From contig JALUBK010000026.1 of assembly GCA_027044945.1 (NCBI GenBank), positions 14,481 to 78,450 of the forward strand: a DNA stretch of 63,970 bases. The letters run 5' to 3'. Origin of the DNA: Campylobacterales bacterium. Lineage in GTDB: Bacteria; Campylobacterota; Campylobacteria; Campylobacterales; JALSKU01. Below, piece after piece: positions 45,195 to 63,970 of the stretch. A model generated the notes under the pieces. It was given only the letters and a program-made list of their open reading frames with translations, was not told where the DNA came from and made no database searches. The stretch's first letter is position 1; every line of letters starts with the position of its first letter. The position numbers and the translations under genes are program-made.

Positions 45195-45226
45195 ATTTAA
45201 ACAACTTCAAATGAAGTTGTTTAAAT
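45195..45226. terminator. 14-bp bidirectional hairpin between the convergent rplS and ABC ATPase genes
   Basis: atttaaacaacttc[aaat]gaagttgtttaaat. It abuts the stop codon at 45226-45228. Confidence 0.6.
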
Positions 45227-45972
45227 TAGTGTGAAAGAATTTGACTTAAAAATAGTTTTAATCTCTCTGACTGTGGATTTTCAAAGAAATTTTCAGGGTC
45301 ATTCTCCTCTATAATTTGTCCTGATTCCATAAAAATAACCCTATCAGCAACTTTTTTTGCAAATCCCATTTCATGTGTTACACAAACCATAGTTCTTTTT
45401 TCTTCTGCGAGTTCTATCATAACATCCAATACTTCTGAAATCATTTCTGGATCAAGTGCAGATGTCGGTTCATCAAACAACATGATTGATGGATGCTTAC
45501 AAAGACTTCTTGCTATTGCCACTCTTTGTTGTTGCCCACCACTTAATTGATTTGGATATTTTTTTGCCTGATCAGCAATACCTACTCTTTCAAGATATGT
45601 CATAGCAGTCTCAATGGCTTCTTTTTTAGGAGTTTTTTTGACCCATATTGGAGCTAATGTTAAATTATCCAATATTGTTAAGTGAGGAAAAAGATTGAAA
45701 TTTTGAAAAACCATTGCAACATCTTCTCTAATTTCTTTTATTTTTTTTATATCATCACTTAATTCAACTCCATCAACAACTATTTTACCTTCTTGAAATT
45801 GTTCTAAATAATTTATACATCTCACCATGGTTGATTTTCCACTGCCAGAAGGTCCTGCTACTACTATAATTTCACCTTTTTTTACATTTAGATTTATATC
45901 TTTTAAAACATGAAAATCTCCATACCATTTATTGAGATTTGTGATTTCTATTATATTCTTTTTATTTTCCAT
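45226..45972 (-). CDS. aapP: General amino-acid ABC transporter ATP-binding protein (AapP/YhdZ type)
   Basis: GPSGSGKST and [13 protein letters not shown] motifs, 248 aa. Confidence 0.85.
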   Translation of the reverse strand: MENKKNIIEITNLNKWYGDFHVLKDINLNVKKGEIIVVAGPSGSGKSTMVRCINYLEQFQEGKIVVDGVELSDDIKKIKEIREDVAMVFQNFNLFPHLTILDNLTLAPIWVKKTPKKEAIETAMTYLERVGIADQAKKYPNQLSGGQQQRVAIARSLCKHPSIMLFDEPTSALDPEMISEVLDVMIELAEEKRTMVCVTHEMGFAKKVADRVIFMESGQIIEENDPENFFENPQSERLKLFLSQILSH

Positions 45973-45980
45973 TTTTTCCC

Positions 45981-47066
45981 TTATTTCAAATTGGTATTAA
46001 ATTTTTTTTCTAATTTCTTGCTATATAATGACATTGCATAACAAAATATCCAATATATGACAGCTACAAAAACATATCCTTCTGTTTCATATCCCAACCA
46101 ATGAGAATCACTACTTGCAAGTTGAACTATTGCTAACAAATCAAACAATCCTATAATTAAAACAAGTGTTGTATCTTGAAACAATGCTATAAAAGTTCCT
46201 ACCAAATTAGGAATAGCAACTTTTATTGCTTGAGGAAGAATAACTAGAAACATTTTTTGCCAATATGAAAGACCTATGGCATCAGCTGCTTCATATTGAC
46301 CTTTTGGAATTGCTTGCATTCCTCCACGAATAATTTCAGCAATATAAGCTGCTTCAAAAAGAGTTATACCTATAAGTGCCCGAAGCAATTTATTAAAAGT
46401 TATCCCCTCAGGAAAAAACAGTGGTAAAATAACAGCTGACATAAATAAAATAGTAATAAGAGGAACACCTCTGATAAATTCGATATAAGTTACTGATATA
46501 CTTTTAATGATAGGCAATCTTGATGTTCTTCCAAAAGCAAAGATAATACCAATAGGAAAAGAACAAACTATACCAACTGCGGATATTATAATTGTTAGCA
46601 TTAATCCGCCCCATTTATTCGTATCAACTTCAACTAAACCAAAAAAACCACCATGAATTAATATATATGCTACAATAAAATATAAAAATGTAAATACTAT
46701 TTTTAATATTGAATTTTTCATGTATTTAAAACTGGCAATTAATACAAAAAACAATCCATAAGTTAGATTTACTCTCCATTTTTCTGCTTCAGGATAAAAG
46801 CCATATAAAAACATATCAAGTTTCATTTTTATAAACACCCAACAAGCACCATCTCCTGTACAAGCACTACTTGTAGTTCCTTTAAAATTGGCATCAATCA
46901 CTGACCATTTGATAAATGGAGGTATAATCCAAAACAAAAATGCTATGGCCAAAAGTGTCATTGCTGAATTTAATGGTGAAGAAAATAAATTTGTCATTAC
47001 CCAATGAACAGGTCCTCTTGAATTAGAAGGAGCTTCTCTGCTTTCAATTCTTTTATAAACAGCCAC
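45981..47066 (-). CDS. aapM: Amino-acid ABC transporter permease (AapM/YhdY type)
   Basis: Polytopic membrane protein with a His/Glu/Gln/Arg-type permease core ([12 protein letters not shown]). Confidence 0.8.
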   Translation of the reverse strand: MAVYKRIESREAPSNSRGPVHWVMTNLFSSPLNSAMTLLAIAFLFWIIPPFIKWSVIDANFKGTTSSACTGDGACWVFIKMKLDMFLYGFYPEAEKWRVNLTYGLFFVLIASFKYMKNSILKIVFTFLYFIVAYILIHGGFFGLVEVDTNKWGGLMLTIIISAVGIVCSFPIGIIFAFGRTSRLPIIKSISVTYIEFIRGVPLITILFMSAVILPLFFPEGITFNKLLRALIGITLFEAAYIAEIIRGGMQAIPKGQYEAADAIGLSYWQKMFLVILPQAIKVAIPNLVGTFIALFQDTTLVLIIGLFDLLAIVQLASSDSHWLGYETEGYVFVAVIYWIFCYAMSLYSKKLEKKFNTNLK

Positions 47067-47067
47067 T

Positions 47068-48222
47068 TTATCTTTCCTTTATTTTCATTTTAAAGTTTAT
47101 CCAATTTAATATTGCAGATACAAGCAAACTAATTATCAAATAAACAAGCATTGTTATAGAAATAATCTCTATAGCTTGACCAGTTTGATTTAGAGTTGTT
47201 CCTGCAAAAACAGTAACTAATTCTGGATATCCAATGGCAGTTGCCAAAGATGAATTTTTTACTACATTCAAATATTGGTTGATAATAGGAGGAATAGCTA
47301 TTCTTATTGCTTGAGGTAAAATCACAAGCTTCAGAGACTGATAAGAGGATAAGCCCAATGAAGCTACAGCCTCTTTTTGTCCTTTAGGAACAGCTTCTAT
47401 GCCACTTCTAACAGCTTCAGCAATAAAAGTTGCAGTATAAACAGAAATTGCAAGAGCTAATGCTACAAACTCTGGATAATATTGTTTTCCACCTTGAAAA
47501 TTAAAACCTCTTAAGTGGGGATACGAAAAATTCATATTGGCACCACCAATAAAATATGCAATTACAGGAGCGACAATCAATAAGATTATTGATATTGGCA
47601 AAACAGGAAATTCTTTACCTGTTAATTCTTGTCTCTTGTTTGCCCATTTATTTAAAAAAAATATAAAAATTACAATAATAAATATTGATACTATTATTGA
47701 AATAGTTGTTGCATCCCATGTGGGTTTTGGAACATATACACCACGATTATTTATAAAAATTTTTCCAAATAAATCAATACTATGTCTTGGAGAGGGCAAA
47801 GATCTAAGAACTACATTATACCAAAAAAGTATTTGTAATAATATAGGTATATTTCTAAATATTTCTATATACACAGCCGAAAGTTTTTTTATCATCCAAT
47901 TTTCTGAAAGTCTAAACACTCCAATAATAACTCCCAATATTGTAGATAAAATTATTGCGACAAAAGAAACTATAAGTGTATTTAACAAGCCAACTAAAAA
48001 AACTCTGCCATAAGTATCTGAAGGATTATATGGTATAGGCGAATCGTTTATCCCAAATCCTGCAGTAGAATTTAAAAATCCAAAACCAGTTTTTATGCCT
48101 CTTTGTTCTATATTGTGAGAAGTATTTACTCCAATATACCACAAAAAAGCAACTACACCAATAATTGTAATTAATTGAAATAGATAACCTCTAATCTTTC
48201 TATCTCTCAAAAATGATAGCAT
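47068..48222 (-). CDS. aapQ: Amino-acid ABC transporter permease (AapQ/YhdX type)
   Basis: Long N-terminal extension plus a permease core (TATFIAEAVRSG). Confidence 0.8.
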   Translation of the reverse strand: MLSFLRDRKIRGYLFQLITIIGVVAFLWYIGVNTSHNIEQRGIKTGFGFLNSTAGFGINDSPIPYNPSDTYGRVFLVGLLNTLIVSFVAIILSTILGVIIGVFRLSENWMIKKLSAVYIEIFRNIPILLQILFWYNVVLRSLPSPRHSIDLFGKIFINNRGVYVPKPTWDATTISIIVSIFIIVIFIFFLNKWANKRQELTGKEFPVLPISIILLIVAPVIAYFIGGANMNFSYPHLRGFNFQGGKQYYPEFVALALAISVYTATFIAEAVRSGIEAVPKGQKEAVASLGLSSYQSLKLVILPQAIRIAIPPIINQYLNVVKNSSLATAIGYPELVTVFAGTTLNQTGQAIEIISITMLVYLIISLLVSAILNWINFKMKIKER

Positions 48223-48287
48223 TTAACTCCTTTTTTGATATTTTAGCAGGAAAAATTCCTGCTAAAATTTTAATTTATAACTAAATT

Positions 48288-49310
48288 TTATTTGAACGGA
48301 GGAGAATATTGTAAACCACCATTTTCCCATAGTGCATTTAATCCTCTTTTAATTTTAAGAGGGGATCCCATTCCGACATTTCTTCTATATGATTCACCAT
48401 AATTTCCTACTTGTTTAATAATATTATAAAAACAACCTTTTTTCAAATGCAAATTTTCACAAAGTCTTCCTTGAACACTTAAAATTCTTTGAATTGCAGG
48501 ACTTTTTGAAGTAGCTCTAAGTTTATCAACATTTTTGCTTGTAATTCCTCTTTCTTCTGCAGCAACCATTGCATTGTAAGACCATTTTACTATATTAAAC
48601 CATACATCATCACCTTGTCTAACAACAGGACCCAAAGGCTCTTTGGAAATAATTTGAGGCAATATAATAGAATTATTTGGATGTTTAAGTGTAGTTCTCA
48701 AAGCATGAAGTTGAGATGAATCAGATGTCATGGCATCACATCTTCCACTCTCGTATCCATTTCTAACTTGAGCTGTTGTGTCATAAGAAACTGATTTATA
48801 AGTCATTCCATGAGAAGCAAAATAACTTGCAAGATTAAGCTCTGTTGTAGTTCCCGATTGAACACAAATTGATGCACCATTTAAATCCAAAACACTTTTA
48901 ACTCCAAGAGATTTGTGAACCATAAAAGCTTGACCATCATAAAAATTTACTCCAGCAAAATTAAGGCCAAGAGATGAATCTCTTGTTTCTGTCCAAGTTG
49001 TGTTTCTTGAAAGCATATCTATCTCTCCACTTTGAAGAGCAGTAAATCTTTCTTTTGCTGTTAAAGGAACATATCTAACTTTAGAAGCATCTCCTAAAAC
49101 AGCTGCGGCAACAGCTCTACATACATCAACATCAATACCACTCCATTTTCCAGTGGAATCAGCAGATGAAAATCCCGGAAGTCCAGTATTTACACCACAT
49201 ATCAAATAGCCCCTTTTTTGCACATCTTTTAAAGTGTTGGCATTTACACTTAATGAAAATATTGTTCCCACCAGTAAACTAGCAAATACAATCTTTGATA
49301 AAAACTTCAT
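48288..49310 (-). CDS. aapJ: Amino-acid ABC transporter periplasmic binding protein (AapJ/YhdW type)
   Basis: Signal peptide, 340 aa, family-3 solute-binding fold. The sizes of all four genes match the YhdWXYZ/AapJQMP pattern. Confidence 0.8.
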   Translation of the reverse strand: MKFLSKIVFASLLVGTIFSLSVNANTLKDVQKRGYLICGVNTGLPGFSSADSTGKWSGIDVDVCRAVAAAVLGDASKVRYVPLTAKERFTALQSGEIDMLSRNTTWTETRDSSLGLNFAGVNFYDGQAFMVHKSLGVKSVLDLNGASICVQSGTTTELNLASYFASHGMTYKSVSYDTTAQVRNGYESGRCDAMTSDSSQLHALRTTLKHPNNSIILPQIISKEPLGPVVRQGDDVWFNIVKWSYNAMVAAEERGITSKNVDKLRATSKSPAIQRILSVQGRLCENLHLKKGCFYNIIKQVGNYGESYRRNVGMGSPLKIKRGLNALWENGGLQYSPPFK

Positions 49311-49508
49311 TCTTTCTCCTTTTTTATTTAATATTTTATAATAGCATTTATTTAATATATTTTAATTGATTTTGTTTAATATTTTTTGAAAAAAGAAAAA
49401 AGGTAACAATTAGTAACAAAATAATTACAGATAAAATGAATAGAATGATTGTAAGTTATAAATTTATAAAAATGTAAAATTTAGTTTATTCTAAAGAAGT
49501 TTTTTAAA

Positions 49509-49537
49509 CGGTAAAATTCTATTCTTGAATTTTACCG
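49509..49537. terminator. Hairpin downstream of fusA
   Basis: cggtaaaattc[tattctt]gaattttaccg. It is flanked by A-run and T-run sequence on both sides. Confidence 0.55.
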
Positions 49538-49544
49538 CTTTTTA

Positions 49545-51623
49545 TTAACCGTTTCTTTTTTTAATTATTTCTTCAGCAACATTTTTAGGAACTTCATCAT
49601 AATGATCAAATTCCATAGAATAAGTTGCTCTACCTTGTGTTGAACTTCTCAAATCAGTAGAATATCCAAACATTTCAGCAAGAGGAACAAAAGCATCAAC
49701 TATTTTATTTCCACCTCTTTCATCCATTGCATTTATTTGACCTCTTCTTCTGTTTAAATCTCCAATAACATCACCCATAAATTCTTCAGGAACTTCTACT
49801 TCCACTTTCATAATAGGTTCAAGTATAATAGGATGTGCTTTTCTTGCACCTGCTTTAAAACACATGGAAGCTGCCAATTTAAATGCCATTTCAGATGAAT
49901 CCACATCATGATAGCTACCATCATAAAGTGTTACTTTAACATCTTCAACAGGATAACCAGCTAATACACCACTTTGCATAGCTTCTTTTGCACCTTTATC
50001 AACTGCTGGAATAAATTCTTTAGGAACTACACCACCTTTGATAGCATTAACAAATTCGTATCCACTTCCTTGTTTCATAGGTTCAAGTTTTAAGAATACA
50101 TGACCATATTGTCCTCTACCACCACTTTGTTTAGCATATTTATATTCTTGTTCAACAGTATCTTTAAATGTTTCTCTATAAGCAACTTGAGGTTGTCCTA
50201 CTTCGGCATCAACTTTAAACTCTCTAAGCATTCTGTCTACTAAAATTTCAAGATGCAATTCACCCATACCGCTTATAATAGTTTGACCACTTTCTTCATC
50301 AGTTTTAACTCTAAAACTTGGATCTTCTTGAGCTAGTTTTTGAAGAGCTATGCCCATTTTTTCTTGATCAGCTTTTGTTTTTGGCTCAACTGCAACAGAA
50401 ATAACAGGATCAGGAAAATCCATCTTTTCCAAAATAACTTTATCTTTTTCGTCTGCAAGAGTATCGCCTGTAAGAGTATCTTTTAAACCAACAACTGCAC
50501 CTATTTCACCAGCATAAAGTTCTTTTATTTCCTCTCTTTTGTTTGAGTGCATTTTAAGAAGTCTTCCAACTCTCTCTTTTTTGTTTTTAGTAGTATTATA
50601 AACATAACTTCCACTTTCCAATACACCTCTATAAACTCTAATAAAAGTTAATTGTCCAACAAAAGGATCGGTCATAATTTTAAAAGCAAGTGCTGCAAAA
50701 GGAGCATCATCAGTTGATTTTACTTCAGTTGTGCTACCATCTTCATATTCGCCATTTATATGTGCAACTTCAGTAGGAGCTGGCATATAATCAACAACTG
50801 CATCAAGAAGTGGTTGAACACCTTTGTTTTTAAAAGCAGTTCCGCAAGTCATAGGAACCAAAGTAAGAGCCAAACATCCAGCTTTTATACCTGTTTTTAT
50901 CTCTTCAGTGCTTAACTCTTCTCCAGCAAGATATTTTTCCATCAATTCATCGCTAGTTTCTGAGACTGCTTCGATCAATTGTTCTCTGTATTCGTTAGCT
51001 TTTTCTTGAAGTTCGGCTGGAATATCTTCGATTTTATATTTTGATCCCATGGCTGCTTCATCTTCCCAAACATAAGCTTTCATTTTAACCAAATCAACTA
51101 CACCCTTGAAGTCATCTTCGGATCCTATTGGAAGTTGAATTGGAACAGGATTGGCTTTTAATCTTTCTTTTATTTGTCTTTCAACTTCATAAAAATTAGC
51201 ACCAACTCTATCCATTTTATTAACAAAAACCATTCTTGGAACTTCATATCTATTTGCTTGTCTCCAAACAGTTTCACTTTGAGGCTGAACTCCACCAACT
51301 GCACAAAAAACTGCAACAGCACCATCAAGAACTCTCATACTTCTTTCAACTTCAATAGTAAAATCAACATGGCCTGGAGTATCTATAATATTTATTTGGT
51401 GATCTTTCCAAAAACAAGTAGTTGCCGCACTTGTTATCGTAATACCTCTTTCTTTTTCTTGTTCCATCCAGTCCATTGTAGCTGCACCATCATGAACTTC
51501 TCCGATTTTATGACTAATACCGGTATAAAATAATATTCTTTCCGTTGTTGTAGTTTTTCCTGCATCAATATGAGCTGCAATACCTATATTTCTTACTTTT
51601 TCTATGGGTGTTTTTCTTGCCAT
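49545..51623 (-). CDS. fusA: Elongation factor G
   Basis: [10 protein letters not shown] and DTPGHVDF motifs, 692 aa. Confidence 0.97.
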   Translation of the reverse strand: MARKTPIEKVRNIGIAAHIDAGKTTTTERILFYTGISHKIGEVHDGAATMDWMEQEKERGITITSAATTCFWKDHQINIIDTPGHVDFTIEVERSMRVLDGAVAVFCAVGGVQPQSETVWRQANRYEVPRMVFVNKMDRVGANFYEVERQIKERLKANPVPIQLPIGSEDDFKGVVDLVKMKAYVWEDEAAMGSKYKIEDIPAELQEKANEYREQLIEAVSETSDELMEKYLAGEELSTEEIKTGIKAGCLALTLVPMTCGTAFKNKGVQPLLDAVVDYMPAPTEVAHINGEYEDGSTTEVKSTDDAPFAALAFKIMTDPFVGQLTFIRVYRGVLESGSYVYNTTKNKKERVGRLLKMHSNKREEIKELYAGEIGAVVGLKDTLTGDTLADEKDKVILEKMDFPDPVISVAVEPKTKADQEKMGIALQKLAQEDPSFRVKTDEESGQTIISGMGELHLEILVDRMLREFKVDAEVGQPQVAYRETFKDTVEQEYKYAKQSGGRGQYGHVFLKLEPMKQGSGYEFVNAIKGGVVPKEFIPAVDKGAKEAMQSGVLAGYPVEDVKVTLYDGSYHDVDSSEMAFKLAASMCFKAGARKAHPIILEPIMKVEVEVPEEFMGDVIGDLNRRRGQINAMDERGGNKIVDAFVPLAEMFGYSTDLRSSTQGRATYSMEFDHYDEVPKNVAEEIIKKRNG

Positions 51624-51638
51624 TATATTTTCCTTTTA

Positions 51639-52106
<468 letters not shown>

Positions 52107-52178
52107 TTAATTTCCTTCAATTTTAAAATTTACTCAAGTCTAAGTCTAATGAAATAACTTGACCTGTCTTAGCTATAA

Positions 52179-52550
52179 TTATTTTGGTTTTTTAGTTCCG
52201 TATTTACTTCTAGCAACTTTTCTATTTGCAACACCTGCAGCATCTAAGGCACCTCGAACAATATGGTATTTAACACCAGGTAAATCTTTTACCCTACCGC
52301 CTCTAACTAAAACTATAGAGTGTTCTTGTAAATTATGACCTTCGCCACCTATATAACTAATAACTTCAAATCCAGAAGTCAATCTAACTTTTGCGACTTT
52401 TCTTAAAGCCGAGTTAGGTTTCTTTGGAGTTGTAGTATAAACTCTTGTACAAACACCTCTTCTTTGAGGGCACTTATCAAGTGCAGGTGATTTTGATTTT
52501 TTAATCACTCTTTTTCTCTCTCTTTTTACCAATTGATTGATGGTAGGCAC
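52179..52550 (-). CDS. rpsL: 30S ribosomal protein S12
   Basis: MPTINQL and [10 protein letters not shown] motifs, GTG start. Confidence 0.96.
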   Translation of the reverse strand: MPTINQLVKRERKRVIKKSKSPALDKCPQRRGVCTRVYTTTPKKPNSALRKVAKVRLTSGFEVISYIGGEGHNLQEHSIVLVRGGRVKDLPGVKYHIVRGALDAAGVANRKVARSKYGTKKPK

Positions 52551-52648
52551 ATCTTTTCCTTTTTTTATAAATTTTATTTATGGAATTCTCCAAAAATAGA
52601 CAATATTTTATCTTTTTATAGCTTTTATTTTAATTAATTTCTAAAATT

Positions 52649-52681
52649 TTTATGCTCCAATAATAATTATTGGAGCATAAA
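52649..52681 (-). terminator. Long hairpin directly after the rpoC stop
   Basis: The tatgctccaata / tattggagcata arms, extended by A-T pairs, start 4 nt after the stop. There is no clean U-tract. Confidence 0.45.
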
Positions 52682-52684
52682 TTG

Positions 52685-61352
<8,668 letters not shown>

Positions 61353-61392
61353 TTATCACATTGTGATAAATGGAAGGAGATTTGAGAAAGAC

Positions 61393-61453
61393 AAGGAAGA
61401 AGGTCGGTTATAAAACTAATATTTTAATTCCTTCTACCTTTTCCTTCTACCTT
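61393..61453 (-). promoter_or_regulatory. Candidate attenuator-type structure in the rplL-rpoB spacer
   Basis: The tandem 13-mer ttccttctacctt (61428-61440 and 61441-61453) can each pair with aaggaagaagg (61393-61403), with one mismatch. Confidence 0.3.
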
Positions 61454-61456
61454 ATT

Positions 61457-61828
61457 TTACTTAATTTCAGCACTTGCACCAGCTTCTTCAAGCTGTTTTT
61501 TTATTGCTTCTGCATCATCTTTACTAATTCCTTCTTTTAAAGTTGTAGGAACTTCTTCAACTGCTGCTTTTGCATCTTTTAAACCTAAACCTGTAATTGC
61601 TCTAACTACTTTAATAGCATTAATTTTTTTATCCCCTGCTGCAGTTAAAATTACATCAAATTCTGTTTTTTCTTCAGCCGCACTCTCAGCAGCTGCACCA
61701 GCACCAGCTACAACTGTTGGTTGAGCTGAAACACCAAATTTTTCTTCAAATTCTTTTACAAGCTCAGAAAGCTCTAAAACATTAAGATTTGATATATATT
61801 CTAATACATCTTCTTTAGTAATTGCCAT
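61457..61828 (-). CDS. rplL: 50S ribosomal protein L7/L12
   Basis: [12 protein letters not shown] start at 61828, Ala-rich hinge, and C-terminal domain [12 protein letters not shown]. The ORF track extends to 61870. Confidence 0.95.
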   Translation of the reverse strand: MAITKEDVLEYISNLNVLELSELVKEFEEKFGVSAQPTVVAGAGAAAESAAEEKTEFDVILTAAGDKKINAIKVVRAITGLGLKDAKAAVEEVPTTLKEGISKDDAEAIKKQLEEAGASAEIK

Positions 61829-61881
61829 TTTCATTCCTTTTATTTTTTTAAAATATTTTTTATAAATCAATAATTTAAAGC

Positions 61882-62370
61882 TTAAGCCGCTTCAACTTCT
61901 AATTTAGCTCTAAGGTTATCAAGACCAGTAACAAAATTTCTAACAGGTGCTGTCCAAACAGAAAGCAACATGCCGATAAGCTCATCTCTTCCTGGAAGTT
62001 TAGCCATTGCATTAATAGTAGCAATATCAACTGTTTTACCTTCAATATAACCAGTTTTAATAAAAAATTTATCTTTATTAGCACTAGCAAATTTTTCAGC
62101 AACCCTACAAGCAGATATTTGATCTTCAGACCATATTGCAATATTGTTTTCAACAATATTAAGTTCTTCGAGACCAGCATTTTTGACAGCAATTTTAGCA
62201 AAAGTATTTTTTACTACTTTAACTTTACTATCATTTTCATTGGCATATTCTCTCAAACTTTCAAGTTGCCTATGAGTCAATTTGCTAAAACCACAAATTA
62301 CTAAACCATTTGACGATTTAAACTCATCGGTAAGAAAATCTATAATTGCACTTTTTTCTTTTCTTAGCAT
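61882..62370 (-). CDS. rplJ: 50S ribosomal protein L10
   Basis: Typical L10 sequence of 162 aa, located between rplA and rplL. Confidence 0.93.
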   Translation of the reverse strand: MLRKEKSAIIDFLTDEFKSSNGLVICGFSKLTHRQLESLREYANENDSKVKVVKNTFAKIAVKNAGLEELNIVENNIAIWSEDQISACRVAEKFASANKDKFFIKTGYIEGKTVDIATINAMAKLPGRDELIGMLLSVWTAPVRNFVTGLDNLRAKLEVEAA

Positions 62371-62392
62371 TTATTCTCCTTTCAAAACATCA

Positions 62393-62450
62393 AACTTCGG
62401 CGGGATTTAAAGGGATAAGGAGTATCCCTACCTGCTGTCTTCAGTTTTAA
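62393..62450 (-). promoter_or_regulatory. Possible L10-type leader upstream of rplJ
   Basis: A GC-rich island in an AT-rich spacer, with hairpin gggata[aggag]tatccc at 62412-62428. Confidence 0.25.
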
Positions 62451-62459
62451 GATTTAATT

Positions 62460-63164
62460 TTATTTTATATCCATCAATTCTAAAACATCTAACACAACAG
62501 ATGGACTCATTGTAAGTGAAAGAGTTGCATTTTTAATATATCTACCTTTTGAACTAGCAGGTTTATGTTTATTTATAGCTTGAACAAAAGTTGTTAAATT
62601 TTGATCTATTTGTTCTTTTGAAAAACTTATTTTACCTATTCCTGCTTGAATATTTCCTTGTTTATCAACTCTAAAATTAACTTGACCACCTTTTGCATTT
62701 TTAACTGCTTGAGCTACATCCATAGTTACTGTTCCAGTTTTTGGATTTGGCATCAAACCTTTTGGCCCCAATGTTCTACCTACTTTACCAACCAATCCCA
62801 TCATGTTTGGAGTAGCTATTAAAACATCAAAATCAATTTTTCCTGCTTGGATATCAGATATCAAATCATCAGCTCCAACAATTTCTGCACCTGCTTCTTT
62901 TGCTTCATCGGCTTTTGCATCTTTTGCAACAACGGCAACTCGAACGCTTTTACCTGTCCCAGCAGGAAGAACGACAGAACCTCTAACCATTTGATCAGCA
63001 TGTCTTGGATCTACATTTAATTTTAATGCGACTTCTATTGTTTCATCAAATTTTGCAGAAGCTAAGTTTTTTAAAACATCTATAGCTTCATTTTTTGTAT
63101 ACCTACTATTTTTATCAAATCTTTTATATAATTCTTCAAATCTTTTTGAAATCTTTTTTCCCAT
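62460..63164 (-). CDS. rplA: 50S ribosomal protein L1
   Basis: Typical L1 sequence, 234 aa. Confidence 0.95.
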   Translation of the reverse strand: MGKKISKRFEELYKRFDKNSRYTKNEAIDVLKNLASAKFDETIEVALKLNVDPRHADQMVRGSVVLPAGTGKSVRVAVVAKDAKADEAKEAGAEIVGADDLISDIQAGKIDFDVLIATPNMMGLVGKVGRTLGPKGLMPNPKTGTVTMDVAQAVKNAKGGQVNFRVDKQGNIQAGIGKISFSKEQIDQNLTTFVQAINKHKPASSKGRYIKNATLSLTMSPSVVLDVLELMDIK

Positions 63165-63216
63165 TATTATCTCCGCATATTTTTTGCTACCACATTTTTC
63201 CTTGTGGTTAAGGTTT

Positions 63217-63642
63217 TTATTCAGCTATTTCTATACCCATACTTCTAGCACTACCTTCAATAATTTTTGAAGCTGCAGTAATATCTTTTGTATTCAAATC
63301 CGCAATTTTTTTAGCAACAATTTCTTCAATTTGAGCTCTTGTTAATTTTGCAATTTTATTTTTCAAAGGATTATCGCTACCTTTTTTAATATTTGCAGCT
63401 TTTTTAATCAAATCAGAAGCTGGTGGTTGTTTTGTAATAAATGTAAAACTTCTATCTGCATAAACAGTTATTATTACAGGTATTTTAAAGCCCATCATAT
63501 CTTTTGTTTTTTCATTGAAAGCTTTACAAAATTCCATTATATTAACACCTTTTTGACCCAAAGCCGGTCCAACTGGAGGTGATGGATTTGCTTTACCGGC
63601 AGCTATTTGAAGCTTAATTTCACCTATAACTTTTTTAGCCAT
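63217..63642 (-). CDS. rplK: 50S ribosomal protein L11
   Basis: [19 protein letters not shown] motif. Confidence 0.96.
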   Translation of the reverse strand: MAKKVIGEIKLQIAAGKANPSPPVGPALGQKGVNIMEFCKAFNEKTKDMMGFKIPVIITVYADRSFTFITKQPPASDLIKKAANIKKGSDNPLKNKIAKLTRAQIEEIVAKKIADLNTKDITAASKIIEGSARSMGIEIAE

Positions 63643-63740
63643 TTCATTCCTTTACTATTAATTTGTATATAAATATTTACCTTAATTTTTGTTGAAAAAA
63701 TTTCAACTTTAATTAACTTTTTTTAACTTCTGCTAAAGTT

Positions 63741-63778
63741 ATCTCAACTTTCGTTGATTTAATCTCAACTTTCGTTGA
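63741..63778. repeat. Two copies of the 17-mer atctcaactttcgttga, 21 bp apart, each a 5-bp hairpin
   Basis: 63741-63757 and 63762-63778 are identical. In minus sense each reads tcaac[gaaa]gttga. Confidence 0.85.
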
Positions 63779-63784
63779 GAAAAC

Positions 63785-63940
63785 CGAAAATCTACCTCGC
63801 TTCGCTCGCTACGATTTTCTTCAAGGTTACAGTTCGCTCTCGCGTTCATCACTAAAATCCTTGATTTTAGGATTCACACATGATAGCTCACAGTAAAACC
63901 TATAAAAGGCAAAGCAGTTTGCCTTTTATTACGGTTTTAC
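63785..63940. repeat. Third, diverged copy of the 148-nt unit seen at 1-275, including its outer hairpin arm
   Basis: It has the same length, the same orientation and the same conserved blocks (tctacctcg, ctcgctacgatt, cactaaaatccttgattttagg, aaaaggcaaagcagtttgcctttt). Confidence 0.9.
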
Positions 63941-63970
63941 ACTATCTTTTCAACTTGTGAATATAGTATT
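63937..63970 (-). CDS. nusG: 3' end of nusG (partial, truncated by the window edge)
   Basis: The minus strand reads ...I L Y S Q V E K I V stop. This resembles the FSQVEK C-terminus of NusG, and the position upstream of rplK fits. Confidence 0.55.
   Translation of the reverse strand, partial: ILYSQVEKIV

Noticed and set aside
47537-48013. A 158-aa ORF antisense to the aapQ permease gene. Similar antisense ORFs lie at 58701-59234, 56295-56675, 51174-51533, 37158-37508, 34156-34494 and 16535-16906.
   Set aside because: All lie wholly inside well-supported genes on the opposite strand. They have no recognisable motifs or RBS and show hydrophobic/low-complexity composition typical of shadow frames.
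61899-62201. A 100-aa same-strand ORF in an alternative frame within rplJ.
   Set aside because: The sequence is Leu/Lys-rich with no motif, and the rplJ frame is clearly the real one.
63165-63216. A hairpin (ccaca...tgtgg) in the rplK-rplA spacer as an L1 regulatory site.
   Set aside because: The stem is only 5 bp and I cannot see similarity to the 23S L1-binding site. The evidence is too weak to call.

Overview
The window is a strongly AT-rich chromosomal segment from a member of the Campylobacterota, most likely a Campylobacter-like organism. Gene content and local order match the Campylobacter jejuni blocks I recall. These are fabI-tpiA-pgk-gapA; argS-tatA-gmk-acidic protein-fliR-ABC ATPase-tsf-rpsB; pyrB-pepF-x-helicase-truB-csrA-ispE-smpB; ubiE-xseA; aroQ-peptidase-folK-flhF-flhG-x-fliA-fliM-fliY; rpsP-KH-rimM-trmD-rplS; and nusG-rplKAJL-rpoB-rpoC-rpsLG-fusA. 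rpoB and rpoC are separate genes, unlike the fused Helicobacter form. I call about 60 CDS, nearly all housekeeping or flagellar, plus an AapJQMP-type amino-acid ABC transporter, amt-glnK, and two degenerate-GGDEF/EAL proteins. I found no rRNA, tRNA, CRISPR array, transposase, phage gene or recognisable defence gene, and no convincing novel multi-gene system. The best candidate for something undescribed is a structured 148-nt repeat family found at both ends of the window. It occurs as a perfect tandem pair after fabI and as a diverged copy after nusG. Its two hairpins are preserved by compensatory substitutions, and the outer stem of the second hairpin includes the stop codon of nusG and flanks that of fabI. 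Lesser oddities:
- an in-frame nadD-rsfS reading frame
- an SspB-like adaptor candidate
- a leaderless-looking CYTH-CHAD gene with a 21-bp in-frame duplication
- a perfect 25-bp palindrome upstream of amt-glnK
- structured ribosomal-operon spacers
All product calls rest on motif recognition in the supplied translations and on remembered synteny. No database search was run.
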